This document shows, piece by piece, positions 27,858 to 36,203 of a stretch of 47,068 nucleotides of DNA. This DNA comes from a virus. Position 1 is the stretch's first letter. Each line of letters starts with the position of its first letter. The position numbers and the translations under genes are program-made. The notes under the pieces are model-generated. The model worked only from the letters and a program-made list of their open reading frames with translations, had not been told where the DNA came from and did not search any database. The stretch covers positions 1-47,068 of the IMG/VR virus record IMGVR_UViG_3300047408_000023; one strand, written 5' to 3'.

Positions 27858-30185
27858 TTATGCTCCCTGTGGTGGCGGACCTTCCATTGGAGGCGGCCCA
27901 TTCTGTGGTTGTCCCGGTGGCTGTCCGTTAGGAGGCTGACCATTAGGAGGTGCGGGAGGCATAGCAGCAGCCTGCATTTGCTGTTTAATCATTTCAGCTT
28001 GTGGACCCATTTGCATATGAGCTTGCAAATGCTGAGTCATGATATCATAAATCTGTGGTGCAGTGCTCTTAAGAGCTATACCATATTCACCATTCATGTA
28101 TTCCAAGAGTATGAGAATGTGGACATCATGTGCATCCACCAACATCTCAGGCTCAATTGGAATACCTTTGATGAATTGTGATATCTCCCATAGCTGTTTA
28201 TTTCTATCTTCCTGTCCAGGAATGAACATCTCAGTAAGGCCCAGAACATCAGCTATCAGACCTGAGTTCTCAGGACGATTCAGAATCTCATTGATTGCAT
28301 CATTACTAAGTGTCAAGAGATTCTGGATAATATCTTTCTTCTGTGCCCATGACATTGGGAACTGTTCGTTATATTCCGGCTCGACTCTACCTATACTTCC
28401 CTGAGTATCGGCCATCTTTATCCAGACATTCAGGAATGTATTCCCTGACTTCTGGACAAACGCCACATCATCTTCCATCTCTTTGATGTAGCGATATACA
28501 GACTTCTGCATCATCCGTGCCCACCAGTTACCAATGATTCTCCAAGTTATCTGAAGTCTCTGGAGTGAGGCATTCTTAGATGATTCGTATTCCGACGCCG
28601 TGCCACCGCCGCCCTGTATTACTCCACCATATATGGACGGATATGCACCAGACGCGAACTGTCCATAATTCTCAAGACGCCTATCAAACATATTCACTTC
28701 GTCTGATAGTGTAGCAGTCTTGGTCTGATAGAATCCCTTACCTATATCTTCACCAAGATTAGGCTTCGTTGGGAATACGTCGCCGGGCCTAGCCCTAGAT
28801 TTTGAAAACTTATCAAAGTCTAGGACAGTAGGACTGGCGAAGGTTATCCCTATTCCCTGCTCGATAGTATCCTTGGTGAGATTGACAACCATCGTCACCA
28901 TGTCTTGTATATCAAGCAGTCCCCTACCTTGAGGCTGTCCATAGATATCATTATAGAGAGGATTCTCTGAGAGAACCCATTCATCATCTACATCAGCTTC
29001 ATTGTATTCTGCTAATACCTCATCTACTTTACAGAGGTAGACTCCCTTTGGATAAGTAGAAAGAAGTAAATCTCTCTGAGTCTCATTCAAAGAATGGAAT
29101 GCACAGGGACGATACCATCGCTTACGAATGGTGCACAGCGCAGAATTAGATTGGTCGATATGAAGCGAGGTTAGACGAGTCCAGCGCAGATATGAATTGG
29201 ATGCATTGGTTCCCGATATCTGGTCAGCAATGTGGTCGTGCTCCATCTTAGCTTTGGATTCATCTTCTTCATAATCCAAGCCTATGTATGGAGTATCACA
29301 CTGTCTACGAACATACGAGGGAACAAAGAAATGAAGTGGCCCCCACAGATTTATAGTGACCTTCTTACGAACTATCTCCTCAATACTTTCAATCTTCTCA
29401 GAGACAGTTTCCTTCTCATCCATTATCGGCTGACCATTATACCCACACGTCTGACATGAACTGGGCATATCAGGTTGGTTTGGGTCTGCCGGTGGCATAG
29501 GAGAGCCACACTCTGGACAGATAGGCTCAAGACTTATATCTGTCTGAGTCCCCATCTTAGGACGTTGAATCTTTGGCTTAGTGTAATCATCCTCAGTAGT
29601 GATGTTGGCTGCTACTATTCCACCATTGAATATGTTGAATAGAGCCTTCATCAACATCATCTCTGAGCCATTCTCTTTCTCTATCATCTTGGACAGAGAT
29701 GAGAATGTCTTGGCCGTCAGGATATCATCGTGCTTATCTGCATCCTGAGGAAAGTATCTAATCTTGGGAGTTGCGTTTGACAAAGCTGCTATGATTGACT
29801 CACCATACGCTTTGTATATATTTATTATCTTCGGCAGTTCTTCATTATCATTCAGGTCTGACTCAGTGATAGGAGTATAGTCAGTCCCAGCTTCATTCCA
29901 GAACACATTCTGTATGCCCTGCCAGTAGTAATCCAATAGCTTGAGAGTTCTTGCCCTAGTGATTCGGACAGATTCCTCACGGCCATCATAATTCTCTACG
30001 AGAGCATTCAGAGCTTCTTCAATATCTTCACTGTTAGTCTCCGGCACAGGCTCTAATGGCTGTTCATCTACTGGAGTCTCGGCAGAATCCATCCCAGATG
30101 GGTCAGACATAGCTGACGGGTCCATCATAGATGGGTCTATGGTAGATGGGTCAGGAGAGTCAAGTCCGGGAATCACATCAGCCAT
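27858..30185 (-). CDS. portal protein (putative) with internal zinc-ribbon insertion
   Basis: 775 aa, next to TerL. Contains CPECG...CQTCG. DPS-rich N-terminus and PPNGQ-rich C-terminus. Confidence 0.6.
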   Translation of the reverse strand: MADVIPGLDSPDPSTIDPSMMDPSAMSDPSGMDSAETPVDEQPLEPVPETNSEDIEEALNALVENYDGREESVRITRARTLKLLDYYWQGIQNVFWNEAGTDYTPITESDLNDNEELPKIINIYKAYGESIIAALSNATPKIRYFPQDADKHDDILTAKTFSSLSKMIEKENGSEMMLMKALFNIFNGGIVAANITTEDDYTKPKIQRPKMGTQTDISLEPICPECGSPMPPADPNQPDMPSSCQTCGYNGQPIMDEKETVSEKIESIEEIVRKKVTINLWGPLHFFVPSYVRRQCDTPYIGLDYEEDESKAKMEHDHIADQISGTNASNSYLRWTRLTSLHIDQSNSALCTIRKRWYRPCAFHSLNETQRDLLLSTYPKGVYLCKVDEVLAEYNEADVDDEWVLSENPLYNDIYGQPQGRGLLDIQDMVTMVVNLTKDTIEQGIGITFASPTVLDFDKFSKSRARPGDVFPTKPNLGEDIGKGFYQTKTATLSDEVNMFDRRLENYGQFASGAYPSIYGGVIQGGGGTASEYESSKNASLQRLQITWRIIGNWWARMMQKSVYRYIKEMEDDVAFVQKSGNTFLNVWIKMADTQGSIGRVEPEYNEQFPMSWAQKKDIIQNLLTLSNDAINEILNRPENSGLIADVLGLTEMFIPGQEDRNKQLWEISQFIKGIPIEPEMLVDAHDVHILILLEYMNGEYGIALKSTAPQIYDIMTQHLQAHMQMGPQAEMIKQQMQAAAMPPAPPNGQPPNGQPPGQPQNGPPPMEGPPPQGA

Positions 30186-30265
30186 TTACTATTTCCTATA
30201 GATAGTCCAGAGAATCAACAAAGCCCAACCTATCACAAATAGATAGATTAGACTTGCCTTCCTCA

Positions 30266-30628
30266 TTATTGAACCGGAGCTTGTTCTTTCACCTGAACTT
30301 TATGCTTTAGTTCTAACTCACGCCGGATGTCTTTGAAGTTACGGCGCGGAGCAATTGGCTGCATAACTTCTGTAGTCTGTCCAGATTCCACAGGATTATC
30401 AGTGAGCTTAGCCACAAGACTCCTGTTAACTTCATCCAGAGTCTTGATGTGGGTCTTAAGATAAGTCTCGTATTCCTCATGAACTGCACACGTAGGACAG
30501 TTATTGATGACGGAGCCTTGGTCTGAATTGCTTGAATAATCGTCCGACGCGAGTATTCTTCTGTTTGTCAAGATATTCCAAGCGTCTATGAAACGCTGTC
30601 TGATTCCCTGTCTGTTGTAGTTCGTCAT
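30266..30628 (-). CDS. hypothetical protein with CPTC motif
   Basis: 120-aa ORF. Its first 128 nt overlap the 3' end of terL, and there is no alternative start downstream of the terL stop. Confidence 0.4.
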   Translation of the reverse strand: MTNYNRQGIRQRFIDAWNILTNRRILASDDYSSNSDQGSVINNCPTCAVHEEYETYLKTHIKTLDEVNRSLVAKLTDNPVESGQTTEVMQPIAPRRNFKDIRRELELKHKVQVKEQAPVQ

Positions 30629-32198
30629 AGATTTGGGACTCTTTCTTCAGAGCGATATCCATAGCCTCAGTAGATTCACGCCACTTATCTATTCCCTTTA
30701 GTAAATAGCGCAGGTCATCATAGAAGTCATCGCCAAGCTCAGTATCTGTAGCGTCCCACTTCTTTACATCTTCAGCGGACTTTCCGATTTTATCCTCGAC
30801 ATATACACACATCGGGATTGTATTGATTAGATATTGACAGGTGCTGAATATCTGTAGCTTAGGCAGAACCTCTGGTTTCTTAGGAACAAACCTAGACAGA
30901 TAATCATCATACAACTTAATATTGCCAGTCCTAAGAATCCTAGCGGCGAGTTCAGAATCATATTCTTCCTTCGCCGGAGGCTCAGGCAATGGCTCAAGTC
31001 TAAGATATTCGTGAATCAGCAACTTACCTGAGAGTCTCTCATTATCAGCAGCCGTTGGAACAAACTCTACATGACCTTCAAGAGTCTCAGTCTTAGCATA
31101 TTCCATGAACTCTTGAGCAACTGTATTGGTTCCACGGTTCTGCCATGCACTGCCGTCTAGTTTAGGACCAATAGCTAATTGCTCGCTTCCTGTGAGAATT
31201 GCGAAATTCTTGGCCCAGAGTGATGTGGTCTCTTGTCGAGACATGTATTCTCTGTATATATAAACTCGACCATCTGGAGATAACGCACCCCATAGAATAG
31301 CCGTAGGATGGTTATAGCCCCAATCAATCGCAGCAAATCTAGGCCACCACTTAGGAATCTCGAACGGTTCACAGACATGGCTTCTTTGTAGAGTGTCATT
31401 AGGTAGAGGTGCTCGAAGAAACTCCTCAAATACCTGACCCTTGAATGCGTCCCAGTCTCCAAGAACCTTAGCTTTATATTCCGCTTCGGGGAGGTCTTTA
31501 AGACTGTTAGCGTAATCTTCCTTATTCTGGATGTGGATATTGTCAATGAGCGATGATGGAATGAATATTCGTCGCTCATTTGTCTTATGGTCTAGAATCA
31601 GTTTATATCCGAACCGCGCCGGGTCTATGAATCTACGCTTGACCCATGAGTGTCCAATATTGCCAGGATTGCTAGCAGACCTCATTATTGTTGGAAGGTC
31701 CGGCGCTGATGTTCGCAGTCTCGACTTCATGTAAGTGTATACCCACTCACTGAAGTGTGTCAGCTCATCAAACGCTATATAATTGAATTCTGCTGTATCA
31801 TGTTCTCTTGCATCGTCTTCATTCGCTAGATATGATAGACGTATAGTTGCTCCGTCCAGCTTAGGATTCTCAGGATGTGGAAAGGTAAAGACATGATTAG
31901 TCGCATTATACCTAGCGCCAAGCGGTATATAATAATCCTTGCCCCTAGGGATAAGAGATTCTTCAAGTTGTGGGAATGTCTTACGAAAGATGATTGCATG
32001 GAATCTAGGATTATGAATCCATCCCCTCACAACTGGAAGCATCATCAAGATGTCAGACTTACCACCACCTAACTGACCACCAAAGAATGCTTCACGAACA
32101 GAATCAGGAATCTTGAGGAAGTCTTCCTGGGTTTTGAATGGACGCCAATATTTTATTAGCTGACCATCATCCAGTCGGACTTCCTCAAGATATGCCAT
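30501..32198 (-). CDS. terL: terminase large subunit
   Basis: Walker A GGQLGGGKSD, Walker B YIAFDELTHF, nuclease-domain AAIDWGYNHP. Confidence 0.85.
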   Translation of the reverse strand: MAYLEEVRLDDGQLIKYWRPFKTQEDFLKIPDSVREAFFGGQLGGGKSDILMMLPVVRGWIHNPRFHAIIFRKTFPQLEESLIPRGKDYYIPLGARYNATNHVFTFPHPENPKLDGATIRLSYLANEDDAREHDTAEFNYIAFDELTHFSEWVYTYMKSRLRTSAPDLPTIMRSASNPGNIGHSWVKRRFIDPARFGYKLILDHKTNERRIFIPSSLIDNIHIQNKEDYANSLKDLPEAEYKAKVLGDWDAFKGQVFEEFLRAPLPNDTLQRSHVCEPFEIPKWWPRFAAIDWGYNHPTAILWGALSPDGRVYIYREYMSRQETTSLWAKNFAILTGSEQLAIGPKLDGSAWQNRGTNTVAQEFMEYAKTETLEGHVEFVPTAADNERLSGKLLIHEYLRLEPLPEPPAKEEYDSELAARILRTGNIKLYDDYLSRFVPKKPEVLPKLQIFSTCQYLINTIPMCVYVEDKIGKSAEDVKKWDATDTELGDDFYDDLRYLLKGIDKWRESTEAMDIALKKESQIYDELQQTGNQTAFHRRLEYLDKQKNTRVGRLFKQFRPRLRHQ

Positions 32199-32632
32199 TA
32201 CTTCGGTTCCGGAGTCTGGGGAAGGGTATTGTCAATCTCCCCTTCACTAACAGGAACTATAACCCAACCGAACCGCACGGAATACTTCAATTCAAACTTC
32301 TGAGTATGTCCGGGAGGTGCAGGGTTAATCGTGGGAGGCAGAACTATCGGCAGACTAATCTGCGGCGGAGGCGTAGTCCCATTATCCGGCAGAGTATTAT
32401 CCGGCCCGACAGGAGGAAATACTGGACCGCCACCCGGATAGACTGGCGGATAGACTGGACCACCACCAATATGCGGCGGACGAGGATGGCCCTGTCCATA
32501 TCCTGGGTCTACAGGACCACCGGGAAATACTGGACCACCACTAGGATAGACCGGAGGAGTTGGCAGAGAATTGTCAGGATAGTTTCCTGCTCCACCATCC
32601 AAGAATGTAATCAACGCAACTCTAGACTGCAT
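32198..32632 (-). CDS. Pro/Gly-rich repeat protein
   Basis: 144 aa with GGPV(F/Y)P and DN(S/T)LP repeats. Its stop overlaps the terL start (TAATG). Confidence 0.5.
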   Translation of the reverse strand: MQSRVALITFLDGGAGNYPDNSLPTPPVYPSGGPVFPGGPVDPGYGQGHPRPPHIGGGPVYPPVYPGGGPVFPPVGPDNTLPDNGTTPPPQISLPIVLPPTINPAPPGHTQKFELKYSVRFGWVIVPVSEGEIDNTLPQTPEPK

Positions 32633-32656
32633 ATCACTCTCCTGCTTGGGTTAGAC

Positions 32657-32932
32657 TTACTTCTTTTCTTCTGCCTTACGTGCCGCTGGTTGAGTCACTA
32701 CATCGTCGAGATAGACTGAATCTACTTCCACAATCACAGCATCAACCGTGGGAATGCCAGTATCTCGAACATGGAATGAGACTTTGCATCGCTTCTCATC
32801 CTCAGTAGCTCCGACTATAGTTCCTTTCAGAGTTACTTCCTCACCCTGAGCATGGAACTTAGTAACCTTCGGAGGTTCCTCAGACTTGGGATTACCTATA
32901 GCTCCGGCTCCGGGCGTTGCTACTGCTGTCAT
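32657..32932 (-). CDS. hypothetical protein
   Basis: Track ORF 32657..32971. The ATG at 32932 has AAGGAG 8 nt upstream. Confidence 0.55.
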   Translation of the reverse strand: MTAVATPGAGAIGNPKSEEPPKVTKFHAQGEEVTLKGTIVGATEDEKRCKVSFHVRDTGIPTVDAVIVEVDSVYLDDVVTQPAARKAEEKK

Positions 32933-32951
32933 TTTCAATCTCCTTTGCAGA

Positions 32952-33173
32952 CTAGCAAATGAAACAGACATTCTCCGCTCTAGTCTTCTCTACTCCATCT
33001 ATCACTCTAGAAGAAGGCTCAAAGCTAACTTCCTGCCCCACTTTTAATTCATCAAACTTCAGTGGAGACTCAGGTGAGACTGTCTGCTGATGAAAGAAAA
33101 AGTAATTTCCTTCCACATCTTTGATGAATCCAAATCTCTTTTCTTCCAGTATCCGAGATACCTTGCCTAGCAT
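32952..33173 (-). CDS. cold-shock-domain (CspA-like) protein
   Basis: GKVSRILEEKRFGFIKDVEGNYFFFHQQ...VGQEVSFE...RAENV parallels the CSD RNP1/RNP2 layout. Confidence 0.6.
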   Translation of the reverse strand: MLGKVSRILEEKRFGFIKDVEGNYFFFHQQTVSPESPLKFDELKVGQEVSFEPSSRVIDGVEKTRAENVCFIC

Positions 33174-33227
33174 AGTAGTTAGTCCTTGTGTCTTAGAGCT
33201 TAATAGTATTCCACAGCACAGAACATA

Positions 33228-33839
33228 TCAGGCCAGATTTACATCCACAGTTTCGTATCTTTCCTCACCCTTGATAGCAGGAGCGTAGACTACAATCTGG
33301 ACTTGATTGGTATTATGTCCCGGCCCAGAATCCTTAGGCAGACCAATCTGTGCTACCTTGCCAAGAGTTGCAGCTATATTAGCCAGAGTCTCAGCCTTCT
33401 TAATCTGGCCGAGCTTCTCATCAGTAATCATGTTCATAGATGAGAGCATACGTTCTATAGCTGCATCACGAATCTTCCCTACATTCTTCTTGACAGCATT
33501 CTCTAGAGAAGCATCATGTGCTCTCCGGCCCGTAGTATTATATCCACCCATATATGAATGGACTTGGCTTGGGCTAGCACCAGTCTCTTTCGCAGCCTGA
33601 GTAATCCCATGCATATGGCCGAGAGTCCCGATAGCCTCACGTTCCAGAGGATTCCTATTAAATGAGCCAGGAGTCCTACCAGAACCACACCTATCTATCT
33701 CATAGAGTGGACGAGGCTCAATTGGCTCATCCTGAGATATGGGAGTCTGAACAGACTTACCAGACCGACGCTGAATCTGATTGACTAGATTCTGGTCAGT
33801 AACCAATCTCGCGGTAAGTTCATCTTCATCTATAAACAT
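33228..33839 (-). CDS. DNA-binding (HTH-like) protein, possible small terminase
   Basis: First gene of the late operon. GITQAAKETGASPSQVHSY is an HTH-like segment. No clear SD. Confidence 0.25.
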   Translation of the reverse strand: MFIDEDELTARLVTDQNLVNQIQRRSGKSVQTPISQDEPIEPRPLYEIDRCGSGRTPGSFNRNPLEREAIGTLGHMHGITQAAKETGASPSQVHSYMGGYNTTGRRAHDASLENAVKKNVGKIRDAAIERMLSSMNMITDEKLGQIKKAETLANIAATLGKVAQIGLPKDSGPGHNTNQVQIVVYAPAIKGEERYETVDVNLA

Positions 33840-33885
33840 TGTAGTATACCGTATGTAAGTCTTGAAAATTTATAAAGGGTAAGGA

Positions 33886-33914
33886 AGCATACCATATGTG
33901 GTGGCCTTTGTCAA
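33886..33914 (-). promoter_or_regulatory. sigma70-type promoter for the late operon
   Basis: On the minus strand: TTGACA-N17-TATGCT, about 45 nt upstream of the 33839 start. Confidence 0.5.
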
Positions 33915-33919
33915 TAGGG

Positions 33920-33935
33920 GCACAAGTGCTTGTGC
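33920..33935. promoter_or_regulatory. perfect 16-bp palindrome GCACAAGTGCTTGTGC next to the late promoter -35
   Basis: 7-bp arms with a 2-nt centre, 5 nt from the -35 hexamer. Confidence 0.45.
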
Positions 33936-34071
33936 TTTAAGGACTTACGGCTGAGGTGCCCTGATTTGGTGCATTTATGGTGTTTTTATAATTTTGTAGT
34001 ATTTGGGTATAGACTATGAAATATGGGACCCTACTTTCTTATTCTGTCTTCAGACATTCTTTCATGCCTCC

Positions 34072-34164
34072 CCAAAATCCCGCGCGCATGGGACCCGCCG
34101 CGGGGTATACCGGGTGGCGTAGTATCCCCGGCCCCACAGAATAGATATGCCCGGCGCCAAAATC
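34072..34164. other. GC-rich non-coding island bounded by CCAAAATC direct repeats
   Basis: cccgcgcgcatgggacccgccgcggggtataccgggtggcg...ccccggcccc...gcccggcgcc lies within an otherwise AT-rich intergenic region. Confidence 0.4.
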
Positions 34165-34182
34165 AAAGTCCAAAAAAATATG

Positions 34183-34640
34183 AGTCTATAATACTCACAT
34201 AATACTAGAGCGTCAATACTACACTGGCTAGTCTCAGGGTGTCGGCAGTCTGACAGGATGCAGTCTCAGCCGGGCTAGTCTGCCGATGCCGGGCTATGGT
34301 TAGGGTATGTGACCTAATGGCAGGCGAAAGTATAGGCGAAAGTCTGAGACTTACGAAAATAGTAATTTCCCCTAGGTTCAACGAACGTGCCCTAGTCTGG
34401 CCCTAGGTGGCCGAAACCGAAACGCTACCCGCTAGCGCCATCCTAGACAGTCTCAGCCCTATGCAGTATTTTTAGCATAGTCTAAAATTGCTAGGAAAAG
34501 TGGGCTATTGTAGACAGTCTACACAAGCAAAACAGCCATATGCTAAGGTTCTAGCATTTGAGTATTTCCTAAGGATTTTGGCAGACTTGACAGCCTATAA
34601 TGCTTCGAGTAGTATATGTAAAGTCAGTCTATTGCAGACT
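34183..34640 (+). repeat. array of AGTCT-core short iterons (consensus about YAGTCTSAG)
   Basis: Forward copies at 34183, 34230, 34247, 34262, 34277, 34341, 34394, 34449, 34479, 34516, 34626. Inverted copies at 34583 and 34636. Confidence 0.6.
34587..34615 (+). promoter_or_regulatory. sigma70-type early promoter
   Basis: TTGACA-N17-TAGTAT. Confidence 0.45.
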
Positions 34641-34743
34641 GGCTAGCGTAGATAAACGGTTAACGCGAAAGGCCGCAAGGCTACCGGGAATTTTTCTAGG
34701 CTGGTCTTTGAAAACTGAATACTGCTAGATTGTGGTCTTTGTC

Positions 34744-34779
34744 AAGGCTACCGGCTATCTCTCTATCTCTGAGGTATCC
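34744..34779 (+). repeat. conserved 5' leader element, copy A (AAGGCTACCGGCTAT..CTATCTCT.AGG.TAC)
   Basis: About 30 of 35 nt identical to 35045..35079. Ends 5 nt before the ATG at 34784. Confidence 0.7.
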
Positions 34780-34783
34780 AGCT

Positions 34784-34972
34784 ATGACTAAGCACCATGT
34801 TACGTTCCGATTCTCTAAGAATTCCCCTGTCAAGGAAATGACGTTTATTGTAGAGTCTGATTCTACTTTTGACGCTATCTGTCAGGCTGAGAAAGTCAAG
34901 GGAGATTTATTGGATGGCGATTACCGATATATCTTTCCGGCTGTTGAGTCTGTCTCTACTTTCTCCCTCTAG
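34784..34972 (+). CDS. small early protein (62 aa)
   Basis: ATG after GAGG. The track ORF 34730..34972 has a non-ATG 5' extension that runs through the leader repeat. Confidence 0.55.
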   Translation: MTKHHVTFRFSKNSPVKEMTFIVESDSTFDAICQAEKVKGDLLDGDYRYIFPAVESVSTFSL

Positions 34973-34993
34973 TTAGTCTCTCCCCTTTACCCT

Positions 34994-35009
34994 TTTGTCG
35001 GTAGTCTTT
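34994..35009 (+). repeat. TTTGTCGGTAGTCTTT element, copy 1
   Basis: Identical 16-mer at 35469..35484. Both copies follow a TCCCTCT..CTCCCCT tract. Confidence 0.7.
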
Positions 35010-35044
35010 ATAAAGACCACAATCATATATTCTAGGATTCTGTT

Positions 35045-35079
35045 AAGGCTACCGGCTATTCCCCTATCTCTAAGGATAC
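35045..35079 (+). repeat. conserved 5' leader element, copy B
   Basis: See 34744..34779. Ends 5 nt before the ATG at 35084. Confidence 0.7.
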
Positions 35080-35083
35080 GCCA

Positions 35084-35320
35084 ATGATTAACAGAAAAGA
35101 TGTAACGCATGATTGTCCTAATACGTCAGTCTCTCTCAAGTTTTCTACACTTGAGTCTGAGTCTGCCGTGCTAGATATGTTGACAGATTTTACCCGGCTG
35201 AATGATTCAGTTACGGTAGAGTCTTTCACTGTAACTACTAAGACAATTGCACGTTATGACGCTAGACATGCTGCTAGACTTGCTGCCATTCTGAGACAAG
35301 AATCAGAAAGGAAATGGTAA
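35084..35320 (+). CDS. small early protein (78 aa)
   Basis: ATG after AAGGA within the conserved leader. Confidence 0.6.
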   Translation: MINRKDVTHDCPNTSVSLKFSTLESESAVLDMLTDFTRLNDSVTVESFTVTTKTIARYDARHAARLAAILRQESERKW

Positions 35321-35468
35321 TGGATAGCATCATAATCGACGGCAAACGCTACACAATCCGTTAACCATATGTGGTTTAACATACTGCTTATGGCATGGAT
35401 TTGTAGTGTCTGTGACAAACCACTAGATAAGTCTTTCCCTCTCCCCTGTAACTGCAAACGCTAGACTA

Positions 35469-35484
35469 TTTGTCGGTAGTCTTT
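35469..35484 (+). repeat. TTTGTCGGTAGTCTTT element, copy 2
   Basis: Identical to 34994..35009. Confidence 0.7.
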
Positions 35485-35503
35485 GCAGAATCCTAGACTA
35501 TAA

Positions 35504-35523
35504 TTGTCCTCTAGATAGGACAG
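35504..35523. promoter_or_regulatory. TGTCC-N8-GGACA palindrome, copy 1
   Basis: TTGTCC-tctagata-GGACAG, directly after a TATAAT hexamer. Confidence 0.5.
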
Positions 35524-35654
35524 TCCGAGTCACAGATTTTCCGTTTTTCTAGCCGGTTTTCGGTTAGACTGTGATTGTCGGATTTGGGTAGTGACTTGGA
35601 CAGGCTACCCGGCATTTCTGCCGTCCTATCTAACTGTCCTATTTTGGTGACATC

Positions 35655-36203
35655 GTGGCAAAGACTGAAAACGAAAAGACTCCTGTTGTCAACATTCTTA
35701 ACCCGAAGTTTGATAAGCAGGCTGAGATTAACAGCCTGTCTGAAGACATCCGGGCAGAAATTGCAGCCGGTAGACTTGTAGCCGAAAAGACTGATGTTGT
35801 TTACACTGTCAAGGCTACTAAAGCACAGCACAAGCAATTCTTTTTGCGTGTGCTCCCTGCTGAGACTATCGGAGAGGGTGATAAGGCTGTTAAAGTCTCA
35901 GCGGAAGACCAGCTTGCTATCACTCAAAAGTTTATCGTGACGGATGTTGCCGAGCAGGTTAAGTATATGCTTGCCGGTAAAGATTCTAGCGACAGACTGG
36001 CTATCAGGACACAGATTGTTAATGCTGTTGAGGGTAGCGGCAAGGCTATTGAAAAGGCTGAGACTGCTACTAAGGGTTTGGTTAATCTGCCCGGTATGAC
36101 GGCAGAGAAGATGGCACAGATTCAGGCTATCTTGGATGGTGTCAAGGCTGAAGCTGCAAAGGCTGAAGCTGCTAAGTCTGCTGAGACTGAATCGGCAGCG
36201 TAA
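35655..36203 (+). CDS. early protein, 182 aa, unknown function (GTG start)
   Basis: ORF with an Ala/Lys/Glu-rich C-terminus, followed by a strong terminator. Confidence 0.6.
   Translation: MAKTENEKTPVVNILNPKFDKQAEINSLSEDIRAEIAAGRLVAEKTDVVYTVKATKAQHKQFFLRVLPAETIGEGDKAVKVSAEDQLAITQKFIVTDVAEQVKYMLAGKDSSDRLAIRTQIVNAVEGSGKAIEKAETATKGLVNLPGMTAEKMAQIQAILDGVKAEAAKAEAAKSAETESAA

Noticed and set aside
27857-27943. 5' extension of ORF 27596..27943 overlapping the portal 3' end.
   Set aside because: The extension encodes a His/Arg-rich out-of-frame reading of the portal Pro/Gly tail. A clean ATG at 27856 sits 1 nt after the portal stop.
32138-32719. 193-aa Arg/Trp-rich plus-strand ORF.
   Set aside because: It is the antisense of the Pro/Gly-rich gene (CCN/GGN codons read as GGN/CCN or Arg/Trp) and of the terL start. 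It is not in the operon orientation.
34730-34783. Non-ATG 5' extension of the first small early ORF.
   Set aside because: The extension runs through the conserved non-coding leader that is also found upstream of 35084. The ATG at 34784 with an upstream GAGG is the consistent start.
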